In this document: positions 62,555 to 64,000 of the stretch, one piece after another
Layout of the letters: each line of letters opens with the position of its first letter
Numbering within the stretch: the first letter of the stretch is position 1
Source of the DNA: a candidate division FCPU426 bacterium
Lineage (GTDB): Bacteria; Oederibacteriota; PGYV01; Palsa-1178
NCBI GenBank assembly: GCA_963840035.1
Contig: CAWIXE010000002.1
Location: 1,536,001-1,600,000 of the forward strand
Direction of reading: 5' to 3'
DNA: 64,000 nt
The notes under the pieces: generated by a model
What the model was told of the DNA's origin: nothing
Databases searched by the model: none
The model's input: the letters and a program-made list of their open reading frames with translations, nothing else
Made by a program: the position numbers and the translations under genes

Positions 62555-63965
62555 GTTTCTCCTCCTTTGATATATTTTCAAGCGTCTTTCCCGGCCCGTC
62601 CACCGTCATCGTTCCTTCCCTGGCTATTATCCTTATCTCCTTTCCGCCGGCTTTTCCGATGAAGTAAACAGGCTCATTTCCCTGTCTTGGGTCGGCTGCC
62701 ATGGAATCCCTGACCATTACAGCTCCTTTTTCCATGATGTCGCGCATGCCGTCGTCGACCCCAAAAAAACGGTCTGCCGGCACCAGCCCTCCTATCCCCT
62801 GGTGCGGCCGCTTGAAATTATACCACTGTATCCACGCCTTTATTTTTTCTTCGGCGTCTTCAAAGCTGTTCATGGGTTCCTTGCTCAGCAGTTCCTGGTA
62901 CATATTGCGCCAAAGCGATTCTATCTTGCCGAGCGTCTCAGGATGGTACGGCCTGCTCCTTGTATGTTTTATCCCGCTTTGCACGAGGAACTTCTGAAAT
63001 TCGCTTGTCCCGCGCCACGTATAAAACTGCCTGCCGTTGTCGGTCAGCATTTCCTTCGGCATGCCGTATCGCTCTATGGCGGCGCGGAGCACATCCAGGC
63101 ACCTGTCCGTAGTCTGCCTGCGGAACAGGCCAATACTCGCCACAAACCTCGAGTAGTCATCAAGACAGGCAATCACATATACCCTGTAAAGGCCTTGCAG
63201 GAAAAAGGTCATGATGTCCATCTGGTACATCTCACGGGGGTTGGAACGTTCAAAATGTTGCGGTTCTTTGCCGCTGTTGCCATGCCTGAGTTTTTTCTGT
63301 TTTTCCATTAAAGAAACAGTACGGGGATTTTCATTCAATATCTTCCTAATGCGCAGGGCCCCAATCCGCACGAATTTGTTACGGTAAAGCCAGTCAGATA
63401 TCTTCCGTGATCCGATTCCCGGGTTTTCAACTTTAATCCTGATAATTTCGGCTATTATTTCTTGCGGTATCTCCTGATGTTTTTTCCCACATCTTCGGTC
63501 AGCGAGACCCTGTTCCCCATTCTTCCGGAACTTGTCATACCACCCCCTGAAAGTATAAATACCAATGCCATACCATTTACAAAACATTCCTATAGGAGCG
63601 CCTATAGATTCAAATTCTTTTATAAGTTTAAATTTTTCCTCTACACTATAGAACCGGCTCCTCGAAAATGATTGTTTTTGTTTATTTGCACGGCCCAACT
63701 TTTTCGCAAACTTTTTCGTAAAACTTCCGGGATTGTTGCGGATATTTCCGGCGAATAATCCTTGTTCCTGCAAATTCTTTTTATTAGACGAATTTGATGA
63801 ATAAAAATCCCGTTGATATGTTTTTGATTGTATGTTGGCCTTGAGATTTTGGCCGGGGAATTCCAGATTGTATGTTTTCTTTTGTCTCGGATAGTTTCTT
63901 AGCTGTTTTTTCGTCATGTAGCGTGAATCGTCTTCAAAATCGGGTTGTCTTTTCTGGTAAGCCAT
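62193..63965 (-). CDS. IS481/IS3-like DDE transposase with low-complexity tail overlapping OrfA
   Basis: HTH; YQMDI, DDYSRF, LTDNGRQF, GKIE, YNFKRPHQGIGG..PADRF; GGAGG RBS. Confidence 0.88.
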   Translation of the reverse strand: MAYQKRQPDFEDDSRYMTKKQLRNYPRQKKTYNLEFPGQNLKANIQSKTYQRDFYSSNSSNKKNLQEQGLFAGNIRNNPGSFTKKFAKKLGRANKQKQSFSRSRFYSVEEKFKLIKEFESIGAPIGMFCKWYGIGIYTFRGWYDKFRKNGEQGLADRRCGKKHQEIPQEIIAEIIRIKVENPGIGSRKISDWLYRNKFVRIGALRIRKILNENPRTVSLMEKQKKLRHGNSGKEPQHFERSNPREMYQMDIMTFFLQGLYRVYVIACLDDYSRFVASIGLFRRQTTDRCLDVLRAAIERYGMPKEMLTDNGRQFYTWRGTSEFQKFLVQSGIKHTRSRPYHPETLGKIESLWRNMYQELLSKEPMNSFEDAEEKIKAWIQWYNFKRPHQGIGGLVPADRFFGVDDGMRDIMEKGAVMVRDSMAADPRQGNEPVYFIGKAGGKEIRIIAREGTMTVDGPGKTLENISKEEKHDEVIAGSSGGKQQDAGDRGAGRQVSQEDTGKDKVQDGTGSSLRQDTGEGGGKAGGGDEGSGVGVEQKVSGRGDIGPGIQPERQEGEGLCPGRGSTENPASVGTPTENNKDGKHEAPGSD

Positions 63966-64000
63966 GATATATTACCTCCTGAAGAGATTTCAGGGGCTAA

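Larger units (their letters stand above)
60885..63965 (-). mobile_element. Composite two-integrase element (ends not defined; may extend beyond window)
   Basis: Three co-oriented, overlapping transposase-type ORFs. Confidence 0.7.

Overview
Bacterial chromosomal segment, probably from an uncultured anaerobic diderm lineage (2-oxoacid:ferredoxin oxidoreductase, PpiD/SurA, lipoproteins, O-antigen-ligase-like protein; taxon cannot be fixed from sequence alone). Mostly minus-strand housekeeping: tRNA-Thr-tuf-rpmG-tRNA-Trp-secE-nusG-rplKAJL-rpoBC; a long mixed run (Vor-type oxidoreductase, purN/purH, tyrS, EndoQ, glycosyltransferases, radical SAM, maf); rpsF-ssb-rpsR-rplI-dnaB-alr-ruvCAB; and a plus-strand MrfB/MrfA-like nuclease-helicase pair. 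Highlights: (1) an 1846-aa protein with no signal peptide that joins a HicB-like N-terminal domain to a 7-bladed propeller, FN3 domains and ten 'SxTHP..WY' repeats; (2) a right-end element with two intact DDE integrases, one apparently made by a -1 frameshift at an A9 run and overlapped by the other's tail; (3) an IS30 flanked by an unusually long 15-bp direct repeat; (4) tyrS with an AT-rich, apparently replaced and extended 3' end; (5) EF-Tu with a non-canonical switch I; (6) many GTAG-type REP/REPIN palindromes and heptamer inverted arrays in intergenic gaps, some supplying gene stop codons. No CRISPR array or rRNA seen. All calls are by motif recognition; no database searches were run.
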